Positions 41,403 to 54,019 of a stretch of 64,000 nucleotides of DNA are shown here, one piece after another. Numbering within the stretch: the stretch's first letter is position 1; each line of letters begins with the position of its first letter. The stretch is from Azolla caroliniana (Eukaryota > Plantae > Polypodiophyta): the NCBI GenBank assembly GCA_043228905.1, contig JBHGNT010000002.1, forward strand, positions 10,354,001-10,418,000, in the 5' to 3' direction. A program made the position numbers and the translations under genes. The notes beneath the pieces are model-generated. The model was given only the letters and a program-made list of their open reading frames with translations. It was not told the DNA's origin and did no database searches.

Positions 41403-44400
41403 TGTTGGGAGACAGGTCCCTCCGGATGGGAAGGGAGAAGAACAGTGCCGGATGGTGCAGGCCCGATATGAACCGGATGAGGAGTACCCGGCTACGGAGA
41501 GCCGGATGGTGCAGGCCCGGTATGAACCGGATGAGGAGTACCCGGCTACAGAGAGCCGGATGACGCAGACCCGGTGCGAACCGGAGGAAGAGACATATTC
41601 GTAAATATGTTTCTAAGAGCCCATCGAGGCTACATTTGTAAATAGCCGAAAAGTCATATTAGTATAAATATGACTTAGGGCAAACTTTATGTGTGGTTGT
41701 CATTCTCGTTGTGTACAGAGAGAGAGTGAGAGAAAGAGGTCGTTGCCTCTGTTGTAACCGCCGCTTGTGGCGAAGATCGTGAGTACTAGGTCGTTGCCTC
41801 CATGAACTCACTGCTGTACATACTAACCTAGTGATAGTTTGCAGCCTGTGGGCTGCCGTGGTTTTTCCCCTAGTTTGGGGTTTTCCACGTAAACATCTCG
41901 TGCACTTTTCCCTTCTTCTTGTCGTGTTTTATTTCCCATTTTCTCTGTGTATCATTCTAAGCTCGATTGTGGCCGAGCGTTGCGCATTAGGAACGATCAG
42001 TTCTCGATAAGTGGTATCAGAGCGAAATCGACACAGAAAATGGATGAATCGTTTGGCGGCATGTTCAAGCTCACCGGCTCCAACTATTCAGTGTGGAAGT
42101 CGAAGATGAGGGACATGCTCGTTGTTAAAGACCTCTGGCTACCGGTTCAGTTCGGGGACAAGAGACCGGACAAAATCGACGCCGCGATATGGGAGGTGAT
42201 GCACATGAAGACAACGGCGTACATACGGTGCTTCATCGACATGAGCCTATACAACAACTTCAATGAAGAGAGCAAGGCTCATGAGCTCTGGGAGAAGATC
42301 GACATAATGTTTCAGAACAAAAATGCTGTCAATCAGGTGTCGGTATTCCGGAAGCTAGTAAGACTCCGGTACCAAGATGGCTCCAGCATGGCGGAGCACA
42401 TGAATGCCTTCCAGGGGCTGATCCACCAGGCAACTTCATTGGAAGTACCTCTCGCGGATGAGGTACTAGCGCTGCTCCTGCTCGGTTCCCTCCCGGATAG
42501 CTGGGAGACGTTGGTTGTCACATTGGGCAACGCCGGGCCGGAAGGAAAATGGCTATCTATCCCTAGCAAGAGTAAAGTCGAGCTTGCTAGATGAGGAGGC
42601 GCGTCGGAAAGATAAAGATACGAGCTCCGACTCCAAGGCGCTCCTTACCGAATCGGAACGCGGAAGACATAGAAACCGTAGTCCCCAGAACCGGGAGAAG
42701 TCGGGCACACGGTCAAAGTCAAGGGGGAGGCCCACTTGCTTCTATTGTGGTAAGCCGGGGCACTTCCAAAAGAACTGTCGGCACTTCCGTAAAGACAAGG
42801 AAACCGACGGTACCGATTCGAAGCGGACCCCGGACCGGAACGGTAAAGACCGGAAGGGGACGGACCGGAAGGGAACAACGGCAATCGCGGCAAGTGAAGA
42901 AGAGTTGATGCTCATCACTGAGGAGTGTGAGATAAACCTTGCCGACGACGAGATGACCTGGGTGGTAGACTCCGGAGCGTCGTTCCACCTTACCCCGGAC
43001 CGGAAATGCTTCTCATCCTACTCAACCGGTGATCACGGCTGTGTCCGGATGGGGAATGAAGGTACATGCCGAATTGTCGGCATAGGAGACGTGTGGCTGT
43101 CAACACCAACCGGATGCAAGTTGCTGCTGAAGGATGTCCGACACGTTCCGGAAGTTCGTCTGAACCTGATATCAGCCGGTCGGCTAGATGATGAAGGCTA
43201 CACGGGTAGCATCCGGAACGGTGTCATGAAGTTCAGCAAAGGGAGCTTGACTGTGGCTCGGGTCCGAAAGGTCAACACACTGTACCTGATGAATGCCTGG
43301 TTATGCCCGGAAGAAGTGAACGTGGCATCCGACACTGCCGGTGAGCTGTGGCACAAGAGGCTGTGTCACATGAGCGAGAAGGGGATGAAGAGGCTTGTAG
43401 ACGACAACCTCATTCCAGTGAAGAACGTGCACTTGGAGAAGTGCATTGATTGTCTGGCCGGTAAGCAAAACCGGACCTCCTTCCGACCAAGGCCACCAAT
43501 GAGACGTAATGCACCACTGGAGTTGATGCATACGGATGTGTGTCAGGTAGACACGAAGTCACATGCCGAAGCGCAGTACTTCGTGACGTTCATAGATGAC
43601 CACAGCCGAAAGCTATGGGCCACACCGTTGAAGACGAAGGATCAGGTGTTATCCGTCTTCAAAGAGCTCCACGCCAGAGTGGAAAGAGAAACCGGCCGGA
43701 AGCTGAAGGCGGTTCGAGCAGATAACGGAGGAGAGTACTGGGGGCAGTTCGAGGAGTACTGCCGCTCGAAGGGAATCCGGCTCGAATTTACCGTGCCGAA
43801 GACGCTAGAACTAAATGGACTGGCCGAGAGGATGAACCGGATCATAATGGAGAGGGTCCGGAGTATGCTAGCACATGCAAAACTACCCAAGAAGTTTTGG
43901 GCTGAGGCATTGTCGACGGCGACATATGTGATAAACAGATCACCCTCAGTACCCTTGGATGGAGACAAGCCACAGAGAGTGTGGACCGGTAAGGAAGTAT
44001 CCTACCGGCATCTGAAGGTGTTCGGGTGTCTCGCTTACGTGCATGTAGCTAAGGACCGGAGAGGTAAGTTAGATCCAAAGACCCGGCCATGCATATTCCT
44101 CGGTTACGGTGACGATGAGTTCGACTACCGAGTGTGGGACCCGGTCGACAAGAAGGTATTCCGGAGTCGAGATATTATCTTCATGGAGGACAAGACGCTC
44201 GCCGACTGGGAGTCGGAGAAGAAGATAATGAACTCTGAGTCGACCGGTAAGGATAGACTCTACGATGAGCAGACCCAACCGGTAAGAGACCGGTTAGCAC
44301 TTGAGGAACCAGCCTGTTACGGTGAGGATACCGAACCGGCAGATGAAGAGGTAGAGGAAGCTGAGACCGGAACCGGCCAAGACCCTGAATTGGATTCGGA

Positions 44401-46761
44401 TGAAGAGCAAATGGAGGAGCCGGTTACCGAAGCCCGAAGACGGAGATATCCTCTCAGAGAGAGAAGGGCCCCCCGGAGATTTCCGGATGCAGAGCATGTT
44501 CTGCTGACCGATGAGGGGGAGCCGGAAAGCTTCGAAGAAGTGAAGGAAGACACCCACAGCCGAAAATGGTTAAGTGCCATGTAGGACGAGATGGATTCCC
44601 TGCATGAGAACCATACATACGAATTGATGGAGTTGCCGAAAGGAAAGCGGGCACTCCGAAACAAGTGGGTGTACAAGTTGAAACCGGGAGATGCCGGCAA
44701 CCCCCCGAGATACAAAGCCAAGATCGTGGTGAAGGGGTTCCAGCAGAAGAAGGGCGTGGACTTCGACGAGATATTTGCCCCAGTAGTAAAGATGACCTCC
44801 ATTCGGACGGTGCTGAGTATAGCAGCAAGCATGGACCTCGAGGTAGAGCAGTTGGACGTGAAGACGGCATTCCTTCACGGCGACCTCGAAGAGGAGATCT
44901 ACATGCAGCAACCGGAAGGATTTGTGGAGAAAGGGAAGGAGCACCTGGTATGCCAGTTGAAGAAGAGCCTGTACGGACTGAAGCAGGCTCCCCGACAATG
45001 GTACCGGAAGTTCGACTCCTTCATGACCGATCAAGGGTACCACAAGACGCAGGCCGATCACTGCGTGTTTGTGAAGAAGTTCGAAAGAGGGGACTTCCTG
45101 ATACTCCTCTTGTACGTGGATGACATGTTGATCGTTGGACGAGACCAAGTAAAAATACGGATGCTGAAGAAAGCTCTCAACTGGACCTTCTCAATGAAAG
45201 ACTTGGGTCCGGCAAGACAGATGCTGGGGATGCACATCATCCGTAACTGGAAAGCGAAGCAATTATGGCTGTCACAGGAGAAGTACGTGACAAAGGTGCT
45301 TCACCGGTTCAACATGTCAGATGCAAAACCGGTCGGATCGACACTTCTGGCAAACTGCAAGCTATCCGGTAAGCAAAGCTCGAAGACGAAAGCAGAGAAG
45401 GCGGATATGATGAAGATCCCATATGCCTCTGCCGTCGGGAGCTTGATGTACGCAATGGTTTGTACCCGACCGGACATTGGATATGCAGTCGGAGTGGTGA
45501 GCCGGTTTATGAGCAATCTCGGCAAGGAGCACTGGAACGCGGTCAAGTGGATACTCCGGTATTTGAAGGGCACTTCAAATATGTGTCTCCGATTCGGCTC
45601 CGGAAAACCTCAACTGGACGGTTTCACTGATTCGGACATGTCGGCTGATGTTGATACTAGCCGGTCTACATCCGGGTATGTAATGACATATGCAGGGGGA
45701 GCTGTTTCGTGGCAGTCGAGGCTGCAAAAGACAGTTGCATTGTCAACCACAGAGGCGGAGTACATGGCGGCTGTGGAAGCCGGCAAGGAAATATTATGGA
45801 TGAAGGACTTCATCGGAGAGCTTGGTTTCCGGCAAGAGGAATACCGACTCTACTGCGACAGTCAAAGTGCCATCCACCTTGCTAAGAATGCGGCCTACCA
45901 TTCCCGGACGAAGCATATCCAGCGGAGGTATCACTGGATCCGGGAAAGAGTAGATGACCAGGAGTTCGCACTGACGAAGATCCACACGGCCGAGAACGGG
46001 TCAGATATGCTGACCAAAGTGCTGACACCCGACAAGCTGGACGCATGCCGAAAGAGGATCAGACTGGTAAGACACCCCATGCCGGAGTGAAGGGGGAGTT
46101 TGTTGGGAGACAGGTTCCTCCGGATGGGAAGGGAGAAGAACAGTGCCGGATGGTGCAGGCCCGGTATGAACCGGATGAGGAGTACCCGGCTACGGAGAGC
46201 CGGATGGTGCAGGCCCGGTATGAACCGGATGAGGAGTACCCGGCTACGGAGAGCCGGATGGTGCAGGCCCGGTGTGAACCGGATGAGGAGTACCCGGCTA
46301 CGGAGAGCCGGATGACGTAGACCCGGTGCGAACCGGAGGAAGAGACATATTCGTAAATATGTTTCTAAGAGCCCATCGAGGCTACATTTGTAAATAGCCG
46401 AAAAGTCATATTAGTATAAATATGACTTAGGGCAAACTTTATGTGTGGTTGTCATTCTCGTTGTGTACAGAGAGAGAGTGAGAGAAAGAGGTCGTTGCCT
46501 CTGTTGTAACCGCCACCTGTGGCGAAGATCGTGAGTACGAGGTCGTTGCCTCCGTGAACTCACTGCTGTACATACTAACCTAGTGATAGTTTGCAGCCTG
46601 TGGGCTGCCGTGGTTTTTCCCCTAGTTTGGGGTTTTCCACGTAAACATCTTGTGCACTTTTCCCTTCTTCTTGTCGTGTTTTATTTCCCATTTTCTCTGT
46701 GTATCATTCTAAGCTCGGTTGTGGCCGAGCGTTGCGCATTAGGAACGATCAGTTCTCGACA
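41403..46761 (+). mobile_element. Element I: near-intact Ty1/copia (Tnt1/Tork-like) nested in G protease
   Basis: LTRs 41403-42009 and 46101-46761. TSD CTAAT. PBS TGGTATCAGAGC 42012-42023. PPT AGGGGGAG directly after the pol stop. Confidence 0.97.
42040..46090 (+). pseudogene. gag-pol of element I (gag, CCHC, protease, integrase, RT, RNase H) with two frame lesions
   Basis: CFYCGKPGHFQKNC, WVVDSGAS, HKRLCH..CIDC, VRADNGGE, LYVDD, DSQSAIHLA. 4-bp CTAT duplication at ~42553-42560 and premature TAG at 44582-44584. Confidence 0.95.
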
Positions 46762-48059
46762 CTAATATCCCTATCACGATTGACGATGTCGAGATAGATC
46801 AACATTTTTTTGTTCAAGATTCGGCATCCCATCCTATCATTCTTGGGCAACCATACATAACATCGTCCCGGATGGAAACAAAAGTGTTCGACAATGGTGC
46901 GGCATTTGCGCGAGTAAGGAGTCTTGATGGGAAGAAGGCCGTACAGTTCTTCACTGTACGTGCCAACCATAAAAGGAATCGGGATTGCCTCGGAGAAGAT
47001 GCTTCGGATTTTTAGGGCAGGCTATTTGTGAGCGGGGCATGAATAGTCCAAGCAAGCGTATGCCCCAAGAAGCAAAAGGAGGGTTGTACGTAGCCCCTAA
47101 TGGAGTGTGCAAAATCAACATGTTTGATAAAGAAGAGAAGTCTCGGATGCAAAGCTTCAAGTAAGCTTTAAGAGAAGAACAAATATTGGAAAGCGATGAA
47201 AGCATCTAATGGGTTATGGTGGAAGCCTCATTTAACAATACCATTGGCAAAATGGAGAATGTCATGGACTTGGGCCCTTGTAGCCAGCGATCAATTAAGA
47301 TAAAATCCATCGAGATGTATGTTGCCATCCATGAGTATAGTCGAAGTATCATGACAGAGAAAGTCAAAGTTAACACGAAATACAAGACGGTGGATAAGAA
47401 GGTAAAGCCTGTTGCTATTCCGCTACCTGAGGATAGCTGGGAAAGAATGAAGGAAGTTGCATAAGATCCAAGCCTACGTGATCCGAGAGGAATCGTACAT
47501 GCCTTCATTAAGGAGACAAGAGAAAATCTTCATGTTGGGAAAGATGAATTTCTCTTGCCAGAAGAGGAAGTCGCATTTCGGGAAATGCTCGAAAGACATG
47601 GGAAAGCATTTGCATTCTATCGAAATGAAATCGGATGTGCCAATCCAAGGATAATAGAACCGATGGTGATATTCACAATACCACATGTGTTGTGGAACTT
47701 GAAGCTGATACTAGTCCCAAGAGCACACATTCTGAAATTAATCAAGCTCTCGAAAGAGAAGGTCGAGATGGTAATTCTGGAGCCGTCGAATTCTCCTTAC
47801 TCAAATAGGTGGTTCACGGTACCAAAGAAGAATGGAACCTTAAGTTTCATACAAGATCTTCAACCAGTGAATAAAGTGACGATCCACAATGCCGGGATCG
47901 GTTCAAGTATCAATGAGTTCGCAGAAGCATTCGCGGGAAGGTTCATTTATTCTATTGGTGATCTCTACTCAGGCCACAATCAGTTTCAACTAATAGTCGA
48001 CAACAGAGAGATCACAACAATGAGGACCTCGATTGGATTGGTACGGATGTGCACCCTAC

Positions 48060-51000
48060 TATTACGAAGGCACTCTAGCTCTTCTTTGTGCACATCGGAT
48101 CGTGATGTGCTAGATCGTTTAGTGCTCAAGACAGAAAGGGAAGGGGAAGGAGACTTACCTTTGTGTAGCAAACCAAAAAGCTTCTTCTATTTCATTACAC
48201 GCAGAGCTCAACTCGCTCTCGTCAGTTTTTTGTTTTTCTGTTTTCTACTCTTCTCTACTCTCACTCTTACTCTCTTTTCTACTTACTTTTTTACCTAAGT
48301 TATAAGTGACTTATATATGTAGCTAATTCACTGTCAGTAGCTAAATAGCCGTGCATAGCTAAATAGCTGTTTCACCTTTATGCCCACTAGTAGCTAATTC
48401 TCAATAAGCATCACATACCTTTGTTGAGCTTGCTTCTCAACACTCCCCCTCAAGCTCAACTTATGCTTTCTTGGGATAATCTTCAATCTTCTTTTCATCA
48501 TGCTTTTCAGCTACCATGCCGATGGTTATAACTCCCATCATGTCTCTAAACTGTGTATGTTTTTCCATGCTCAATCCCTTCGTAAGAATATCAGCAACTT
48601 GCTGATTTGTACTTACATACAACAAATCCACTTCTCCATCAATCACTTTTTCTCTAACAAAGTGATAATGCACTTCAATGTGCTTTTTTCTTGCATGGAA
48701 CACTAGGTTTTTTGCCAGTTGAATGCTGCTCATATTGTCACATCAAATTGTGACTGCACCATCTATATACTCTCCCAAATCAGAAAGCAATCTTCTGATC
48801 CATACCTCTTCACAGGTGGCTATTGCAGCTCCTCTATATTTAGCTTCAGTACTTGATAGTGCAACAGTAGCTTGTTTCTTGCTACTCCATGAAATAGTTG
48901 CACTTCCCAATGTAAACATATATCTACTTGTGGATCTTTTGTTAATTTGGCTTCCAGCCCAATCAACATCTGTATATCCTTCCAGCTTTATGTCCAGATC
49001 AGCCCAATAAAACAGTCCATAATTTTGAGTAGCTTTTACATACCTCAAAATTCTTCTAATGTAGTCCAAATGTGGCTTTGTTGGCCGTTTCATAAACTGG
49101 CTGACTAATCCAACAACATAACTCAAATCAGGTCTTGTTATAGTCAATTATATGAGGCTGCCCACCATAGACCTGTACATGTTTACATCTTCTATTTTGG
49201 CTCCCAAATCAACCCTCAAATTGTAGTTCTTATCTAGTGGTATACCAATAGGTTTGCATCCAAGCATACCATACTTCTTCAACATAGTTGTTGCATACTG
49301 TTTTTGCAACATATATATACCACTTTGAAATCTTATCATCTCAATGCCAAGAAAGTATCTCAGCTCTCCCAAATCCTTCATATGAAATTGCATTTCAAGA
49401 TTTTTTTTCAGCTTGCTTATTTCATCCATAGAATCACCTCCAATGATTAAATCATCAACATAAATCAAGATAACAACAACGCAATCATTCATCTTCTTTA
49501 CATACAATGATGGATCAACTTTTGACATTTTGAAGGCAAATTTTTTCAGAGATTTTGAAAGTTCTTTATGCCATGCTCTCGGTGCTTGTTTTAGTTCATA
49601 GAGAGCCTTTTTCAGCCTACATACATATTTTGGATGCTTCTTATCTTCAAAACCTGGTGGTTGACACGTGTACACTTCTTCTTCCAAGTTACCATGTAAC
49701 AAATCATTTTTTACATCCATATGGTGCAGAACCCATCTTTTGGTTGCACTCACAGAAAGTAGTGTTCTCAAGGTTGCCATTTTTGCAACCGGTGCAAATG
49801 TTTCATCATAATCAATACCTTGCATCTGGGCATATCCCTTTGCCACAAGTCTTGCTTTATGTCTACTAACATTTCCATTGGAATCATGCTTTGTCTTGTA
49901 GACCCATTTGCAACCTACAACATTTTTTCCTTTCGGTAACTTTACCAAATCCCATGTTCTGTTTTCAGCCAATGCATCAATTTCTTCTTGCATTGCATTC
50001 ACCCATTTCTTATTAGATTTTGCTTCATCAAAACTATTTGCATCAAGGATTTGCACCACTTTAGACATGTATGCATAATGCATAGGCATAGATGTGTCAT
50101 AACCAAATCTTTCAACAGTCTTTTTCTCTCTATCTAATCTTCTCAGTTTTTGATTTGCATCCTTCATTGCCTTTTCCATACCAAGGATTTTCAAGGCTCG
50201 TATACCAAGCTCATCATCCAATTATGTATCTGAATCTACATCTTCCATGTTTCTAGATCCATCATCAAGTATTTCATATTCTGGCATCTTCTGTTTTCCC
50301 TTTTTATCATCATATTTTTTGTGTCTTGCATTTTTTCCACTCCATGCATTAGATTCAGATTTACTACCTGAACTTCCAGATGGTCCAGTACATTCCATTG
50401 ATGTGGAACTTTGTTGTCCAACATTGTTTCCATCTCCATGGCAATCTCTTCCATTTTCACAGTCTTCATCAGTTTCTACATTCTCTTTTGGGCTGTACCA
50501 ACTGCCCAACTCATCAAATATTACATCACGGCTTACCAAAATCTTTTTTGTCACAGGGTTATAACATCTATACCCTTTTTACTCCTCTGAATATCCAACA
50601 AAAACACATTTTCCAGTTTTTAGATCAAGCTTACTTCTTACTTCAGCAGGTACATGGACATAGGCAAGGCATCCAAACACTTTTAAGTGTCCTAAACTTG
50701 GTTTTCTACCATAGAAACATTCTTCCGGAGTTACTTCATGTATTCCAGATGTTATACATCTATTTAGGATGTAGTTTGTTGTGTGTACAGCTTCTGCCCA
50801 ATAATACAATGGCATATTTTTTTCTATCATTAAAGCTCTTGCTATGTTCACCAAAGTTTTGTTTTTCCTCTCAGCAACTCCATTTTTTTGTGGAGTATAT
50901 CTCATGTAAACTATCTCCTTATTCCTTGATTGCATAGAAAATCAGAAAATTCATTTGAGACGTACTCTCCTCAATCAGATCTTAAGCATTTTATTCTAGT

Positions 51001-54000
51001 TCCAACCTGCTTTTCCACCATACATTTAAACTTACGAAAGCAATCAAATACTTCACTTTTTTCTTTCATGAAGTAAACCCATGTTTTCCTTGAGAAATCA
51101 TCAATAAATGTTACATAAAACTTACATCCACTAATTGATGCATTTTTTGTTGGTCCCCATACATCTGTATGTACCAAATCCAACAAATTTTTGCTTACAT
51201 GTCTTTCATGAGGGAAAGACAACCTCTTTTGCTTTCCATATTGACAAGCTTCACATATTTTGCTCATCTCACAATCTTTCAACTTAGGCAGTCCAACTAC
51301 AACATTTTTCCTCAACATATTTTTCAAGGTTTGCATACTTATGTGACTGATTCTTTTATGCCACATTTCCACATCTGAGATTACACTCATTCCTTCTGCA
51401 AACATGACTGTAATCTTTTTAGACATATGTTTTCCTTGAGAAATCATCAATAAATGTTACATAAAACTTACATCCACTAATTGATGCATTTTTTGTTGGT
51501 CCCCATACATCTGTATGTACCAAATCCAACAAATTTTTGCTTACATGTCTTTCATGAGGGAAAGACAACCTCTTTTGCTTTCCATATTGACAAGCTTCAC
51601 ATATTTTGCTCATCTCACAATCTTTCAACTTAGGCAGTCCAACCACAACATTTTTCCTCAACATATTTTTCAAGGTTTGCATACTTATGTGACTGATTCT
51701 TTTATGCCACATTTCCACATCTGAGATTACACTCATTCCTTCTGCAAACATGACTGTAATCTTTTTAGACATATGTTTTCCTTGAGAAATCATCAATAAA
51801 TGTTACAGAAAACTTACATCCACTAATTGATGCATTTTTTGTTGGTCCCCATACATCTGTATGTACCAAATCCAACAAATTTTTGCTTACATGTCTTTCA
51901 TGAGGGAAAGACAATCTCTTTTGCTTTCCATATTGACAAGCTTCACATATTTTGCTAATCTCACAATCTTTCAACTTAGGCAGTCCAACCACAACATTTT
52001 TCCTCAACACATTTTTCAAGGTTTGCATACTTATGTGACTGATTCTTTTATGCCACATTTCCACATCTGAGATTACACTCATTCCTTCTGCAAACATGAC
52101 TATAATCTTTTTAGACATATCAACATCTAACACAAACATCCTTCCTTGATGTTTTCCTTTTGCAATAAGTTTTCCATGTTTCTCTATAAAGCATCCACTT
52201 TGCTTGAACTTAACTTGCATTCCTTGCTCCACTATCTGTCCAATAGAAATCAGATTTTTTGCAACGTTTGGCACATTCATAACATTCAACATATACTTTG
52301 TTTTTCCTTTTTCTTCCCACAATGGGATATCTCCAACATGCTCGATTGTATGGGTGGTGTTATCACCTGTTTGTACATAACCGGGAATCTCTGGTTCTCT
52401 TAGACTTTCAAACCAGTATTCATGTCCTGTCATATGATTAGATGCCCTAGAATCTACATACCACATAAAAACTTCATTGCATCTCAGTGAACATTCAGCC
52501 ATTGCTGCTGTTTCATGTTGCACCACAAATGCACCATCTTTATCAGTCTTCACTAGTTGCGGCATAATTATTTTGCTGTCTCTTCCCTCTTATTTCATCA
52601 TTTTGCTTTTTATAACATTTAGCCTGTGTATGGCTTGGTTTTCCACAATACCAATTCAAATAAGTTTGCTTACCTCTACCTCGATTGCTCCCCTTGCCTC
52701 TGATGTTGTTTCTTCCACTTGTAACCTGTTGTCCTCTTCCTTGATAACTATTGTTGTTGGTTCTAGCTGAACCAAATCTTCCATGGCCTCTTCCTCGACC
52801 TCTTCCAGCACTATTATAGAGGGCTTGCCCCTCAGTCTCAGAGTTTCCTTTGTTTACATCATCCATCTGATTTCTTTCTTCCACTACAAGCATTGAAACC
52901 AGATCTAGAAAACTTGGGATGCTACCCTTGTGAGGATAGATGTTTTGAAGCTTTTATATTGAGGTCCTAAACCTCTTAATCATATTTCCACCTTATCATC
53001 ATCTTCTACCTTCACATTGATAGAAGCAAGTGATTCACATATGCTCTTTATTTTCAGAGCATACTCATTCACTGACATCTTACCTTTTTCCAAGTTATTT
53101 AGCTCAGTCTTCAACTGAAGCTTTCTAGCCTTTGTGTTCACTGCAAACAGTTTTATTAAACTGTCCCAAGCATCTTTTGGAAGCATAACATCCTGTATGT
53201 GTCCAGGCATCGAATCTGAGATGCTAAGTGAATGCCAATGCAATACCTTTCTTACCCCTTGATTCCATTCCTTAAATGCTTTAATCTATGCAGCAGTTGC
53301 ATTTTCTTCAGGGATCTCTGGAGCCTCTTCTAGGTCTCCTTCAATGCAATCTCAGTATCCTTTTTCCATCAGGAAATTTGTCATTTTGAATTTCCACGCC
53401 GGGAAACTGTTTTTATCTAGCTTTTCTGTGACTATTTGACTTCCATTCTTAGCAACCATTCTCTCTTTCAATTAGGGCTTTTGTTATGATTAACTTCGCA
53501 TACAACTCTCTGCTTCAGATCAGCAACTAGAACCAAACTTCTCAGATCTTTACTGTTCTAATCTTCTTTACGAGCAACTCTGCTTTGATACCATGTTATG
53601 AAGGCGCTCCAACTCTTCTTTGTCCACATCGGATTGTGATGTGCTAGATTGTTTAGTGCTCAAGATAGAAAGGGATGGGGAAGGAGGCTTACCTCTGTGT
53701 AGCAAACCCAAAAACTTCTTCTATTTCTTTACATGCAGAGCTCAACTCGCTCTCGTCAATTTTTTGTTTTTTTGTTTTCTAATCTTCTCTACTCTCACTC
53801 TTACTCTCTTTTCTACTTAGTTTTTTACCTAAGTTATAAGTGACTTATATATGCAGCTAATTAGCTGTCAGTCGCTAAATAGTTGTCAGTAGCTAAATAG
53901 TTGTGCATAGCTAAATAGCTGTTTCACTTGTATGTCCACTAGTAGCTAATTGGCTAATAGCTACTATAGCTTATTTCTCAATAAGCACCACATACCTTTG

Positions 54001-54019
54001 TTGAGCTTGCTTCTCAACA
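48060..54019 (-). mobile_element. Element H: Ty1/copia nested in G RT
   Basis: LTRs 48060-48442 and 53594-54019. TSD CCTAC. PBS TGGTATCAAAGC 53582-53593. PPT 48443-48452. Fragmented gag, protease, integrase, RT (IYVDD) and RNase H ORFs. Confidence 0.96.
51081..52120 (-). repeat. Tandem triplication, 3 x 346 bp, inside H integrase
   Basis: ATGTTTTCCTTGAGAAATC at 51081, 51427 and 51773; three near-identical ORF peptides. Confidence 0.95.

Noticed and set aside
42545-42565. Programmed gag-pol frameshift in element I
   Set aside because: Explained by a 4-bp CTAT duplication; related element A reads through (GKHLSLKMVK).
44582-44584. Stop-codon readthrough in pol
   Set aside because: The TAG sits where H has AMQEE, so it is a CAG>TAG transition.
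46045-46320. Repetitive peptide (MVQARYEPDEEYPATESR)n, or a CRISPR-like array
   Set aside because: Translation of the 54-bp LTR tandem repeat. No unique spacers, no cas genes, eukaryotic context.
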